From an uncultured Chloroflexia bacterium (GTDB taxonomy: Bacteria; Chloroflexota; Limnocylindria; Limnocylindrales; CSP1-4), in NCBI GenBank assembly GCA_963819655.1, contig CAWFXA010000003.1, positions 64,001 through 128,000 of the forward strand: 64,000 nucleotides of DNA. Direction: 5' to 3'. The number at the start of each line of letters is the position of its first letter. Position 1 is the first letter of the stretch. Shown piece after piece: positions 11,842-21,208 of the stretch. Under the pieces are notes generated by a model, which worked only from the letters and a program-made list of their open reading frames with translations, did no database searches and was not told where the DNA came from. The translations under genes were made by a program, and so were the position numbers.

Positions 11842-12275
11842 CGTCCGCCCCCCTCGAGGAGTCCCTTGAGAACGCCCAAGTTCTCGGCCACAGACGAGCG
11901 GATACGGCCGCCAACGAGGTCGGTGAGGGGTCCAAGCGGCACCTGCGGATCAAGCTCAACGAGGTTCTTGAGCCGCGTTCCCTGGGCGGTCGGTTCGAGC
12001 TCGTATCTCACCCGGGCTCTGAATGCCCCGATCGATCCTTCGACCTCGACCGTTCGATCGGGGACGAGGCGGGTGAGCTCGAGGAGCTCGACGGCAGGCC
12101 GCGGTACCTCTCGAGTCTGTCGGTAGCGAGTCCCCACGCCGACCGGGCCCGGAGTCACCTTGCGGGTGCTCGTGATCGCCCAGTTCCATTCCGGGGTGTG
12201 CTCGAGGTCAGCGAGGTAGGTGTAGACGACTCGTGGATCCCGCGCGATCTCGAGGGTGTTCTCGAAGTGCATCAT
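11838..12275 (-). CDS. SRPBCC (polyketide cyclase-like) protein
   Basis: 'VYTYLADLEHTPEW' and 'GPVGVGTRY' motifs. Confidence 0.85.
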   Translation of the reverse strand: MMHFENTLEIARDPRVVYTYLADLEHTPEWNWAITSTRKVTPGPVGVGTRYRQTREVPRPAVELLELTRLVPDRTVEVEGSIGAFRARVRYELEPTAQGTRLKNLVELDPQVPLGPLTDLVGGRIRSSVAENLGVLKGLLEGGGR

Positions 12276-12317
12276 GATCTCCGTCCTCCGATCGATACGT
12301 AGGCCGCCGGCGCGTGA

Positions 12318-12893
12318 TCACGGGTCCCGCTCGTCTACCGGTGGCCGCGTCCGCAGATCGATCAGCTCGGCGACCCAGGCTCGGAGTCGACCGAGGTGCT
12401 CGCCGTAATGCTCCGCGCCGGCCTTGCGAACCCAGCGGTCGGCCGCGTCGTCTGGCTCGCGAAGTGCGAACCACGCCTGGAGCATCCAGATCCGGGCGCC
12501 GTTGGCCTGCGTCCACACGACGTCCCAGGGCTCGTCCTTGAGGGCCGCCAGCGTCGCGGTGCTCCGGCGGTCGGCATCGAACTCGTGCGGCTCGTACGAG
12601 TTGGCCGCGATGTTGATCAACTGCGTTTCCGCTTCAGTGAGCCACATCCCAAGGTGAGCGATGAGGTCCTTCGCACTCCAGTCGGGATCCACGAAGTAAC
12701 CGGGGGCGAGTCGCTCGCCGGGTGTCAACAGATTGGTGAGTGCCGTGATCTCCGCCCAGCGAGCACGCTCGATCTCGATCTCGGCGATCAGCGACTGGTC
12801 GAATGCCGGCCACGCCGGAGGGCCGGTGACCGGTAGGCGTAGACGACCGTTGAGCGCATCGGGGCTGCGACCGTCCTGCAATTCGTGCGCCAT
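12318..12893 (-). CDS. DinB/ClbS-DfsB-like four-helix protein
   Basis: WSAKDLIAHL and C-terminal EHYGEH motifs. Confidence 0.75.
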   Translation of the reverse strand: MAHELQDGRSPDALNGRLRLPVTGPPAWPAFDQSLIAEIEIERARWAEITALTNLLTPGERLAPGYFVDPDWSAKDLIAHLGMWLTEAETQLINIAANSYEPHEFDADRRSTATLAALKDEPWDVVWTQANGARIWMLQAWFALREPDDAADRWVRKAGAEHYGEHLGRLRAWVAELIDLRTRPPVDERDP

Positions 12894-12910
12894 GGCAAGC
12901 GCCTCCTTCG

Positions 12911-13345
12911 TTACTGTGGGGTTTGGCTACGGCTTGTGGTGCGGCCCGTCGCGGTCGACCGCTTCGATGCGTTTGTGCGCACGCCCTCCCAATACCAGCG
13001 AGCGCCTTCCCACGCGGGCTGCCCTTCGGGCGGCCGAGCCACGTAGGTCCAAGTCGGGTTGGGATGAGCGCGGTGGACGGGTCGAGCCATCGGGGCGGAG
13101 GCGGCGGGCCGGTGGCGAACGAGCGGCGTCGCCGACGGAACTCGATTGAGAAGAGCCTCATAGGCCGCCTGGATGGACAGAAACGTGGCCAGGCCTTCGC
13201 CACCCGCGCGGTCGGGATGGAATCGCTTCGCGAGCCGTCGGTAGGCGACCTTGATCTCCGCGGGCGAAGCGCCCGGCCGCAGGCCGAGCCGTGCATATGC
13301 ACCCGATCGGAGGCCGGATCGGTGTGTTCGATTGATCGTGGTCAT
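12911..13345 (-). CDS. Small J-domain protein
   Basis: 'EIKVAYRRLAKRFHPD' J-domain signature. Confidence 0.85.
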   Translation of the reverse strand: MTTINRTHRSGLRSGAYARLGLRPGASPAEIKVAYRRLAKRFHPDRAGGEGLATFLSIQAAYEALLNRVPSATPLVRHRPAASAPMARPVHRAHPNPTWTYVARPPEGQPAWEGARWYWEGVRTNASKRSTATGRTTSRSQTPQ

Positions 13346-13364
13346 CGTCTCGTCCGATCTGCCG

Positions 13365-13742
13365 CTACCCGACGGTCAGGCTGCCGCTCATGTCCGGATG
13401 GACGTCGCAGCGGAAGAAGTAGGTGCCCGATCCCAAGGCCGGCACGTCATAGACGACGACAGCGGGGCCGCTGAACGGCTCCTCGACGAGGACCTTCTCG
13501 GCCGCCGACGCGTCCCGGTAGATCGCGACGTTGTGGAGGGCGGCTTCCTGGTTGTCGAAGACGATCTGGAAGGGCTTGTCGGCCGGGGCAGTCAACGAGG
13601 TCGTCGAGAATGCGAGGCCATTGGCCTCGATCGACAGGGCGTCCGGACCGACCGACGGCTGAGTGGTCGGGTTGGCCGAGCCTCCTGCACAGGCGGTCAG
13701 CGCAGCAATCGGGATGAGTAGGGAGGCGAGCAGCCTCATCAT
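13365..13742 (-). CDS. Cupredoxin-domain lipoprotein
   Basis: Lipobox LTAC, HNV and FRCDVHPDM motifs. Confidence 0.87.
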   Translation of the reverse strand: MMRLLASLLIPIAALTACAGGSANPTTQPSVGPDALSIEANGLAFSTTSLTAPADKPFQIVFDNQEAALHNVAIYRDASAAEKVLVEEPFSGPAVVVYDVPALGSGTYFFRCDVHPDMSGSLTVG

Positions 13743-13781
13743 CGGAAGGCTCCTATCGGGGTGATCTGAACTTGCTTCCTG

Positions 13782-13824
13782 AGGCTAGGAGCCGGCCCCG
13801 CGGCGGTCGTCACCCGAAGGTGGA
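13782..13824 (-). promoter_or_regulatory. Operator plus -10 promoter module of putative MalT-like regulon
   Basis: Minus strand TCCACCTTCGGGTGACGAC-N18-TAGCCT; near-identical module at 16040-16083. Confidence 0.65.
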
Positions 13825-13980
13825 TAGGGCAGGTGGAATCCTGCATAGGCGAACTCGGGGGATCGAGTGGCGTCGCGCCACCGGGTGGCGGCGGGGCTCG
13901 GGTCAAGGCCGTCTTGCTGGCGCGACGGCCGGGACGCGGGCGGGTGCCGCTCGACGCTCAGGGCCCGGCGGGCTCCGACC

Positions 13981-14199
13981 TCACGAAGCTCGGGCGCGGT
14001 CGTCCTCGATTCGGCGTACCGAGATCAGCACCAGGCCGAGGTCATTTACTCTCGACAGCAGTCCGTGCAGCGCAGCCTGGTCCGCGACCTGACCCACGAT
14101 GAGCGTCTCGTTCTCGCCAATGGTCCGGACTTCGAGCCCGTCGAACCAGGATGACCAGCGCTCGTCGAGGAGTCCCTCGACCCGGATCTCGTAGCCCAT
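13981..14199 (-). CDS. Small uncharacterised protein (YEIRVxG...DQAALHG family)
   Basis: 72-aa ORF from ATG 14199; homologous to 28855..29067. Confidence 0.82.
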   Translation of the reverse strand: MGYEIRVEGLLDERWSSWFDGLEVRTIGENETLIVGQVADQAALHGLLSRVNDLGLVLISVRRIEDDRARAS

Positions 14200-14242
14200 C
14201 AGACGCGGATGCCCATGTCGAGCCCAACCACATCGTCCCGCC

Positions 14243-15994
14243 TCATTTGGTCGATGACGCCGCGGAGCGGTATCGCTGAACCTGCTGGCTCGCCGCGGCA
14301 CCCTCGCCCACGGCAGCGGCAACACGTTTCATCGAGTCATGGCGGACGTCGCCCGCCGCGAAGACGCCGGGCATCGTCGTTTCGAAAGGCAGCCGGGTGT
14401 GCCCGTCAGCTGACGGCACGTCGTCGCCCGTCAGGACGAAGCCTCGCTCGTCGCGGGCAATCGCTGACGGCAGCCATGCTGTTTGTGGCTCGGCGCCGAT
14501 CAGCAGGAATAGGCCCGTCGCGTCGCGTTCATCGATCGTCCCAGCGGCGTTGTCGCGGATCACGAGCGAGCGCAATCGCCGGTGGTCCCTCGCCTCGGCG
14601 ATCTCGCTGCTGAGACGCACCTCGACGTTGGGCAGGTCGTTCAGCTGCTCGAGCAGGTACTCCGACACGGTCCCGGCAAGCGAGTGGCCACGCACGATGA
14701 CGGTGACCGTTCGGGCGTAGCGGGCGAGGTGGATGGCCGATTGGGCGGCCGAATTTCCGCCGCCCACGACCGCGACTGGCTCACCGGCCATCGCGCGGGC
14801 CTCCGTCGCCCCCGAGCCGTAGAACACGCCACGGCCGACGAGGCCTTCGACGCTCGGGATCCCGATCCGCCGATACGACGCGCCCATCGCCAGTACGATC
14901 GCCCGCGCCCGCGCCTCGGAGCCGTCATCGAGCAGGACGATGCGCTCATCACCGTCAGCCCGAATCCCGTTCGCACCTCGGCCTATTCGCGCCTGGACGC
15001 CGAACATCCACGCCTGCTGCCAGGCTCGCCGCAGGAGCTCCGCGCCGCTCAGGCCGCTGGGGAATCCGAGGAAGTTTCGGATCATTGGACTCGAGCCCGC
15101 CTGACCGATGCTCGGCTCGACCAGCAACACGCGCAAGCCTTCTGAACCGAGATTCACCGCGGCCGACAGGCCCGCAGGCCCCGATCCGAGGATGGCCACG
15201 TCGAACGGTGTCGAAAGGGGCTCGGCGTTCGCGCCGAACGCTTCGGCAACCTCGGATAGCGACGGACGCGCCAGGATCCGGCCGTCGGGCAAGACGGCAA
15301 CCGGCATCCGATCGCCCGGATCGAGCCCGGCGACAAGGCGGAGGCCTTCGGCCGTTTCGGCAACGACGAACCCCACGCGGGCTCCCCCCCAGCGTTCGAG
15401 GACATCGGCGAGAGCCTGCCCCTGGACATCGGACCGCTCGCTGACGATCGTGATTCCAGAGGTGAAGCGGCCGTGCTCACGTGCCCAGTCGGCCAGGATG
15501 TCGCCGACCAGCGCCAGGAACTGCTCGTCGGTCTCGTTCCAGGGCAGGCTCGCTTGATGGTCGATCTCGCCGAGCGTCGCTGCGCGGGCGATCGTCGGCA
15601 GTGCCGACAGGTCGGACCATCGCGTCACGACGAGTCGTCGTGCGGTCGGAAAGGCGTCCCGGGTGCGGGCCAGGAAGGCGGTTCCGGTCTCTGGTTTCAT
15701 CCATTGACCTGCGACGATGAGGGCGACATCGGCCGCCTTGTCCCGAAGACGCAACAGCTCATTGAACGCGGCGACGGGTCCCGGCAAGGACATGACGTCG
15801 TAGTCGGTCCCGTACCGCCTGTTGAGGCATTCCTCCAGGACGTCACGGGCGCTCCGATCGTCCTCGACGACGAGGATCGTGGGCCGGTTCTGCGTCGGGT
15901 TCGCTGCAAATGTGCTGGTTGGGACGTCCGGCGGCAATCGCCAGCCGGCTGCCCAGCGACTCCGTCCATCGTTCCCGAGGGTGCTCTCGCTCAC
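14243..15994 (-). CDS. Receiver-fused thioredoxin-reductase-like FAD oxidoreductase
   Basis: N-terminal ILVVEDD receiver; GSGPAG, GGGNSA and GVFAAGDVR motifs. Confidence 0.88.
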   Translation of the reverse strand: MSESTLGNDGRSRWAAGWRLPPDVPTSTFAANPTQNRPTILVVEDDRSARDVLEECLNRRYGTDYDVMSLPGPVAAFNELLRLRDKAADVALIVAGQWMKPETGTAFLARTRDAFPTARRLVVTRWSDLSALPTIARAATLGEIDHQASLPWNETDEQFLALVGDILADWAREHGRFTSGITIVSERSDVQGQALADVLERWGGARVGFVVAETAEGLRLVAGLDPGDRMPVAVLPDGRILARPSLSEVAEAFGANAEPLSTPFDVAILGSGPAGLSAAVNLGSEGLRVLLVEPSIGQAGSSPMIRNFLGFPSGLSGAELLRRAWQQAWMFGVQARIGRGANGIRADGDERIVLLDDGSEARARAIVLAMGASYRRIGIPSVEGLVGRGVFYGSGATEARAMAGEPVAVVGGGNSAAQSAIHLARYARTVTVIVRGHSLAGTVSEYLLEQLNDLPNVEVRLSSEIAEARDHRRLRSLVIRDNAAGTIDERDATGLFLLIGAEPQTAWLPSAIARDERGFVLTGDDVPSADGHTRLPFETTMPGVFAAGDVRHDSMKRVAAAVGEGAAASQQVQRYRSAASSTK

Positions 15995-16039
15995 GTGGTC
16001 TCCTCGATCAAGGCGGCGGCTGCCGCGCGGTTCTCGAAG

Positions 16040-16083
16040 ACGCTACGAGCCGGAGCTGATCGCGGTCATCACCCGAAGGTGGA
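16040..16083 (-). promoter_or_regulatory. Operator plus -10 promoter module of putative MalT-like regulon
   Basis: Minus strand TCCACCTTCGGGTGATGAC-N19-TAGCGT upstream of the gene starting at 15994. Confidence 0.65.
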
Positions 16084-16115
16084 CGAGAGCGGTGGAAATG
16101 TCGCGATGGGTTCGG

Positions 16116-18914
16116 CTACGGAATCAATCCAAGCTCGCGAGCGTGGGCGGCCGCCTCGGTGCGGTTCGTAGCGCCGAGCTTGCCCAGGATGTGGGTGGCG
16201 TGCTTCTTGACCGTATCGAGCGTGACGAACAGCTCATCGGCGATCTCGCGATTCGACTTGCCGGCCGCAAGGAGCTGGAGCACCTCAAGTTCACGCTCGC
16301 TCAGCGCCTCGATGAGGCCCGGGATCGTCGTGGAGCGTGAATCGACGAGCCGGTCCCCGGGCGAGGCGCCCCGCGCTGACGCCGGCTCCAATGCGGCGCC
16401 CAGACGGCTGAGGTAGCCCAGCGACACACCCGCGCTCGTCAAGTCCCGACCGCGTTTGGCGACAAGCCGGGCGAGCAGGGTGGCCATCGTTTGCCCCTCG
16501 TCGACGAAGACCCGCACCCATCCCTGTGGGGCGGCGAAGGTTACTGCCTCGGCCAGGGCGTCGAGCGCGCCGTCCTCCTCGCCGCGCGCCGCGCGCGCCA
16601 GCGCCCGAAGGCTATGGATCTCGATCGCACTCCCGAAGCGGCCCTGCTCGGTCGCTGTCCGCAACAGCCGATCCAATAGCCTCGAGGCCTGTTCGGGGCG
16701 GTCCTGCGCGATCAGCACGCGGGCCAGGAGAAGATGTGCCGGCTCGCGGGGGTATGTCGGCTCATCGTCAGCGTCGAGGCCCCGCTCCACCGTCCAAGCA
16801 GCGGCCGCGTCGACGTCACCCAGGACGAGCAGCAACCGTGCCCGCGATGCGGGCACGGGGTTAAGCAGGTCGACCACGTCGGAGCCGGGTGCAACCTCGA
16901 TGGCCTCGGACATCGCCTCCAGCGCCCCGGCTGGATCGCCCTGCGCCTGCCGGATCCAGGCCATGTCGGCCAGACCCGTCGCCAGTGGCTGGGTGTATGC
17001 CAGCTGGCGGCATAGCGCGATCCCATCGGTGATGTGCCGCATCGCGCTGGCGAGATCGCCCCGCTGGTAGGCCACCTCGGCGATGCCCACGTATGGGATA
17101 CCGGCGGCCGGCAGCGGCGGGCGGCCCGGGACCGCCGTGATCTCCAATGCCCGGTGGTAGGTCTCGAGTTCCGCGTCCAGGTCGCCCAGCGCGCGGTGGA
17201 CCTGGCCGAGGCGATGGCACTGCGAGGCGACTTGGAAGGACAGGCCGGCCGCGTGCCACCCGTCGATGATCGACGACAGCACGCGCTCGGCATCGGGTAG
17301 CCGGCCGGACAGCCAATCCGCCACGGCCAGGTGCGCGCGGACCAGCGACGCCATCATCGACTGGCCATCGCCGAATTCGACCAGCGCCCGCGAGGCGAAC
17401 GCGATCGTCGCGTCGATGTCGCCGTGGAGCTCGGCGACGTATGCCCGGTAGTGGGCGATCCTCCCGGGGACGTTCGCGAGGCCCCCGGTTGCTCCGTCGA
17501 CAGAAGGCGCTTCCGACTCCGGCCCGACTTCCGCGTAGGCGCGCTCGGCGGCATCCAGCAGCCCATCGACTGCCTCCACCTGTCCACCCTGGATGGCCAG
17601 GACAACCTGCGCCAGTAACAGCCGCGGACGGCCTTGGATGATCTGGCCGGGCAGCGCGGCGAGCCACCGTTCGACGGTCGCTCCCTCCCCCCGCAGCAGG
17701 AGCTCGCCGGCGTGTTGCTCGATGAGTCTGGCCGCGAGATCGACATCTCCAGCCGCCCGCGCGTGACGCACAGCTTCGTCGGCCAGCGCATGCTCCTCGT
17801 ACCACGCGGCGGCGCTCCGATGCAGCTCCGTGAACCGCGCGGGCTGCTCCTGCTGCAGGCGCGCGCGCAGCAGGTCGGCAAACAGATGGTGGTAGCGCCA
17901 CCAGCGCCGCATCTCGTCCATCGGCACAAGGAACAGGTTCGCTCGCTCGATCTCCTCCAACAGCTGCTGGCTATCGCTGCGGCCTGTGACGGCGTCGCAC
18001 AGCGGCCCCGACAGCCGCTCCAGGATCGACGTCTCCAGCAGGAAGTTCCGAATCGATCCTGGCTGGCGCTCGAGTACCTCCTCGGTCAGGTAGTCCAGGA
18101 TGTATCGGTGGCTGCCCGAGAACGCCTCGAGGAAGGCAGTCACGTCAGGTCGCCCGCGAAGCGACAGGGCAGCGAGCTGTAACCCGGCCGCCCACCCTTC
18201 GGTGCGGTCCGTGAGAGTTGCCACGGTCGTATCGGGCAAGGGCAGGTCTGATCCGACCGCGTCGCGCAGGAGCGCGGCAGCCTCGTCGATCGTGAACCTC
18301 AGATCCGCGGCTCGCAGTTCGGCCAGCTGTCGGCGGCCTCGCAGCCGCGCGAGAGCCAATGGAGGGTCGGCGCGGCTCGACAGCACAAGGTGAACTCGCG
18401 GCGGCAGATGCTCCAGCAGGAACGTCACCGACTTGTGCACCGCCCACGAGTCGATAACGTGGTAGTCGTCCAGGACCAGCACCACTTCGTCGCTGCCGGG
18501 TCGGGCGGCGAGCTCATTGACCAAGGCCGCCACCGGCCCCTCGAAGGATGGCGGTGCGGGTGGACCAAACAGGGGGCCGGTCAGCTCGGCGACGCCGGGC
18601 TGGACGCGGTCAAGGGCCGCAATGGCGTGGCGCCAGAAGCGTGCCGGGTCGTTGTCGCCAGGGTCGAGCGATATCCAGGCCGGCGCCCATCGGCCGGTCT
18701 GGCTCCAGTCGGCGAGCAGGGCCGTCTTCCCGAACCCAGCCGGAGCGCAGACGAGGATGAGCGCCCGCTCCAACCCCTCGTTGAGCTGCTCCACGAGCCG
18801 GGGGCGGGGGACGAAGCCCGGCTGACGGGGTGGAACGTACAGTTTGGTGGCGAGCACCCCGTCCGAGGCGCCGGAGGCGACCGGCCGGGAGGTCGCTCCA
18901 GGCGGTTGAGACAT
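16116..18914 (-). CDS. MalT-like STAND ATPase/LuxR transcriptional regulator
   Basis: LATKL, APAGFGKT, LVLDDYH, TEGWAAGL, YHHLFAD, TPR region, C-terminal LSERE..SNREIA LuxR HTH. Confidence 0.93.
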   Translation of the reverse strand: MSQPPGATSRPVASGASDGVLATKLYVPPRQPGFVPRPRLVEQLNEGLERALILVCAPAGFGKTALLADWSQTGRWAPAWISLDPGDNDPARFWRHAIAALDRVQPGVAELTGPLFGPPAPPSFEGPVAALVNELAARPGSDEVVLVLDDYHVIDSWAVHKSVTFLLEHLPPRVHLVLSSRADPPLALARLRGRRQLAELRAADLRFTIDEAAALLRDAVGSDLPLPDTTVATLTDRTEGWAAGLQLAALSLRGRPDVTAFLEAFSGSHRYILDYLTEEVLERQPGSIRNFLLETSILERLSGPLCDAVTGRSDSQQLLEEIERANLFLVPMDEMRRWWRYHHLFADLLRARLQQEQPARFTELHRSAAAWYEEHALADEAVRHARAAGDVDLAARLIEQHAGELLLRGEGATVERWLAALPGQIIQGRPRLLLAQVVLAIQGGQVEAVDGLLDAAERAYAEVGPESEAPSVDGATGGLANVPGRIAHYRAYVAELHGDIDATIAFASRALVEFGDGQSMMASLVRAHLAVADWLSGRLPDAERVLSSIIDGWHAAGLSFQVASQCHRLGQVHRALGDLDAELETYHRALEITAVPGRPPLPAAGIPYVGIAEVAYQRGDLASAMRHITDGIALCRQLAYTQPLATGLADMAWIRQAQGDPAGALEAMSEAIEVAPGSDVVDLLNPVPASRARLLLVLGDVDAAAAWTVERGLDADDEPTYPREPAHLLLARVLIAQDRPEQASRLLDRLLRTATEQGRFGSAIEIHSLRALARAARGEEDGALDALAEAVTFAAPQGWVRVFVDEGQTMATLLARLVAKRGRDLTSAGVSLGYLSRLGAALEPASARGASPGDRLVDSRSTTIPGLIEALSERELEVLQLLAAGKSNREIADELFVTLDTVKKHATHILGKLGATNRTEAAAHARELGLIP

Positions 18915-19093
18915 CGCGCGCGGGGCCTCACTCGTACCCGGGCTCCCGGGTGCGGCCGCGGGGCGCGGGCGGTCATTGTATGTCGCCCGCCACTGGCCCC
19001 AGTCGCGGTACCCACCGCCACCAGGCGATGCCACTCGCCGGATCCCAGCTGAATGCAGGGGCCGCCGGCGCTTGAGGATTCCACCCCCAGACG

Positions 19094-19136
19094 CCACTTC
19101 CGAGTGACGACGTGTGGGCCCACCCCTCCGTAGCGT
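19094..19136 (+). promoter_or_regulatory. Operator plus -10 promoter module of putative MalT-like regulon
   Basis: CCACTTCCGAGTGACGAC-N19-TAGCGT upstream of gene 19200. Confidence 0.6.
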
Positions 19137-19199
19137 GCTGGCACAGCCGCGACCCGCAGCGGCCACCTGTTCGACATAGCTTGCAAGGAGTTTCACCAC

Positions 19200-19700
19200 A
19201 TGTCCGCGAACATCTTCACTTCCCGGGGCGCCGGCAGTGCGCTCCTCACGGCAGTCGTCCTCGAACTGACCGCCGCCACGGCCTACATCCACGTCAGCCT
19301 CGGCGGGACGCTCTTCCTGCTCAACGCCCTCGGTTACGTGGTCCTCGGACTCGCGTACGCGCTCGGTTCCGTCGCACCGATCCGGATCGTCCAGCGATTC
19401 AGCTGGTTGCCTCGGGTCGCGCTCGCCGCGTACGCGCTCGTCACGATCGGCGCGTACCTCGTGACCGGCCCCTACATCGTCCTTGGCTGGGTTGCCAAGG
19501 GGATCGAGGTCGCGATCGTCGGCCTGATCTGGCTTGACCTACTCAGCAAGTACGGCAGCCCGAGCGGACTCACCCGCGCCGCCGCCGATTTCGATCAGGA
19601 CGCCGTTCCCACCCCGCAATCCGCTCCGTGGGTGAGCGGGCCGTGCGCGGCCAGCCACGGAAGGGCGGGAGGATGCCCGCCAAATCAGCAGGAGATCTGA
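19200..19700 (+). CDS. Hypothetical membrane protein
   Basis: AAGGAG RBS; four TM segments; 'TAYIH', 'FLLNALGY' and 'KGIE' motifs. Confidence 0.78.
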   Translation: MSANIFTSRGAGSALLTAVVLELTAATAYIHVSLGGTLFLLNALGYVVLGLAYALGSVAPIRIVQRFSWLPRVALAAYALVTIGAYLVTGPYIVLGWVAKGIEVAIVGLIWLDLLSKYGSPSGLTRAAADFDQDAVPTPQSAPWVSGPCAASHGRAGGCPPNQQEI

Positions 19701-19701
19701 A

Positions 19702-19941
19702 ATGAACGCAACGATCACCACACGAGGCGGCACCGGGTCGACAGCCCGGGGCGGTGAGCCCGAACTGCCTGCGGTCACCTACCGCCTGCTCGGCTCGAGG
19801 GGTTTCCGCTCCGACGAGGCGGGGAACCTGACGGCCTATCTGCATGGCCTCCGGCCCGTCAAGGGCGGCTGGGCCGTCGGCGAGATCGAGCGCCTGCTAT
19901 TCCTGCGCCACCTCGTCGCGCGCGGCAATCTGGGCTCGTGA
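19702..19941 (+). CDS. Small hypothetical protein
   Basis: AGGAG RBS; 79 aa with 'EAGNLTAYLHG..W..EIERLLFLR'. Confidence 0.72.
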   Translation: MNATITTRGGTGSTARGGEPELPAVTYRLLGSRGFRSDEAGNLTAYLHGLRPVKGGWAVGEIERLLFLRHLVARGNLGS

Positions 19942-20109
19942 GGAGAGGCGTGGCCGAACCACGCAAGGATCCGCGGAGAGGAGTTGATCGTGAACTACCG
20001 ATTTGAGGTTGCAAGCCGAAGGCCCGTTGAAGGCGTCACGAAAGTCGTCCGCTGCCGACGCCTGTCATGTGCCCAACGCAGATGCCCACCGGGCTCAGGC
20101 CTTTGAGGT

Positions 20110-20315
20110 CTGAACCCTTATCTGGATTGATCCATGCTGCCCATGGCGCTCTAGGACGTCCAATGTGAGCGCTGTGGGCCGCATGCGACAAGCCGACAAG
20201 CATCCGGTATGCGGTACCACTCCACCACAGCAAATGTAGTGTTCTGTGCGGCTCAGACCACAGCATCCTGTGGTTCTACCGAAATCGAACGTTGTTGACC
20301 CTTCTGGACCCTTAT
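20110..20315 (+). repeat. attP-like junction module 2 (arm repeats on both sides of tRNA-Glu core)
   Basis: CTGAACCCTTAT at 20110; core at 20202-20219; TTGACCCTTC/CTGGACCCTTAT at 20295-20315; homologous to 9046-9204. Confidence 0.85.
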
Positions 20316-20427
20316 CCTGCGATGGCCAGCAGTACTCGACCAGATGCAGCCGAGAGTCGACCGGATAGGGCGGAGGTCGATGATGCGTCGGCGCTCCTCG
20401 GCGACCTAGCATGTCCGGTGGTCAAGT

Positions 20428-20532
20428 GGAACACCTGTACTGGCGCGCCCGACAGGAGTTGAGCGCGCGGATGCCATATATATTCGCATCCCCGTCGAAG
20501 GGGCAGGGAAGACCGCGGCGGCGACGGCATGA
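20428..20532 (+). repeat. att scar: antisense tRNA-Arg(CCG)-like 3' end fused to putative serine recombinase C-terminal tail (copy A)
   Basis: Minus strand ctcctgtcgggcgcgcca; 35 bp identical to 29276-29310; reads ARPTGVERADAIYIRIPVEG. Confidence 0.7.
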
Positions 20533-20708
20533 CAAGGCGAGCGAAGACCTGCGGTTAACCGACCGCGTGGGGCCCCGACCGTTGTTGCCCAAGCTAGGCG
20601 CAGCTCGATCCCGATGTCATCGAGCCAGCGTCGGAGATTCCGATAGAGCGCCGGACAAGCCACGACCGCCGACCAGGATGGTCGGCGGTCGTGTTCGTTG
20701 AGGGGGAT

Positions 20709-21143
20709 TTAGCGGCGAGCCGCGGCCACTGACTTCTCATCCGCTTCGCGTCGGGCGAGGATCGCGTCGAGGACGGCGTACTCGGCCCCCTCGATCGCGG
20801 AATACGCGTAGTCGATCGCGAGCTCGGCGTCGGCTTCGGCCCACGCTGCGCGGTCCTCGGCGTTGTCGGCGTTGAACTCGGCCTTCTGGTGGGCCATGTC
20901 CTTGCGGGCCTTGGCGAGGTGCGCGTTCCACGAGTTCTGGACGTCGCTCCAGTCGTCGCGGGCCCGCTGGCCGGCGGCCTGGGTCTTGGCCTGGAGCTTC
21001 TTCGCCTCGGCCTCGGCCGAATCGCGAACGTTGGTCACGCTCTGCTCGAGCTCGGCTCGAGCCTGGTTCCTGGCCGCCGCGGCGTGGTCCTCGGCGGTCT
21101 TGGCCCGATCGGAGAGCTTCCTCAGGTCATCGGATGCTGCCAT
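20709..21143 (-). CDS. Coiled-coil hypothetical protein
   Basis: AAGGAG RBS; MAASDDLRKL... with 'AIDYAYSAIEGAEYAVLDAILAR' motif. Confidence 0.82.
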   Translation of the reverse strand: MAASDDLRKLSDRAKTAEDHAAAARNQARAELEQSVTNVRDSAEAEAKKLQAKTQAAGQRARDDWSDVQNSWNAHLAKARKDMAHQKAEFNADNAEDRAAWAEADAELAIDYAYSAIEGAEYAVLDAILARREADEKSVAAARR

Positions 21144-21208
21144 GGTGTGGTTCTCCTTTTCTGAATGTGCGAACGTGCGCCTCGGGAGAGTGGTCGTCCT
21201 GACGGGCG

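Noticed and set aside
16116-18914. Avs-type antiviral STAND defence system
   Set aside because: The architecture is MalT-like with a C-terminal LuxR HTH and no nuclease, TIR or SIR2 effector.
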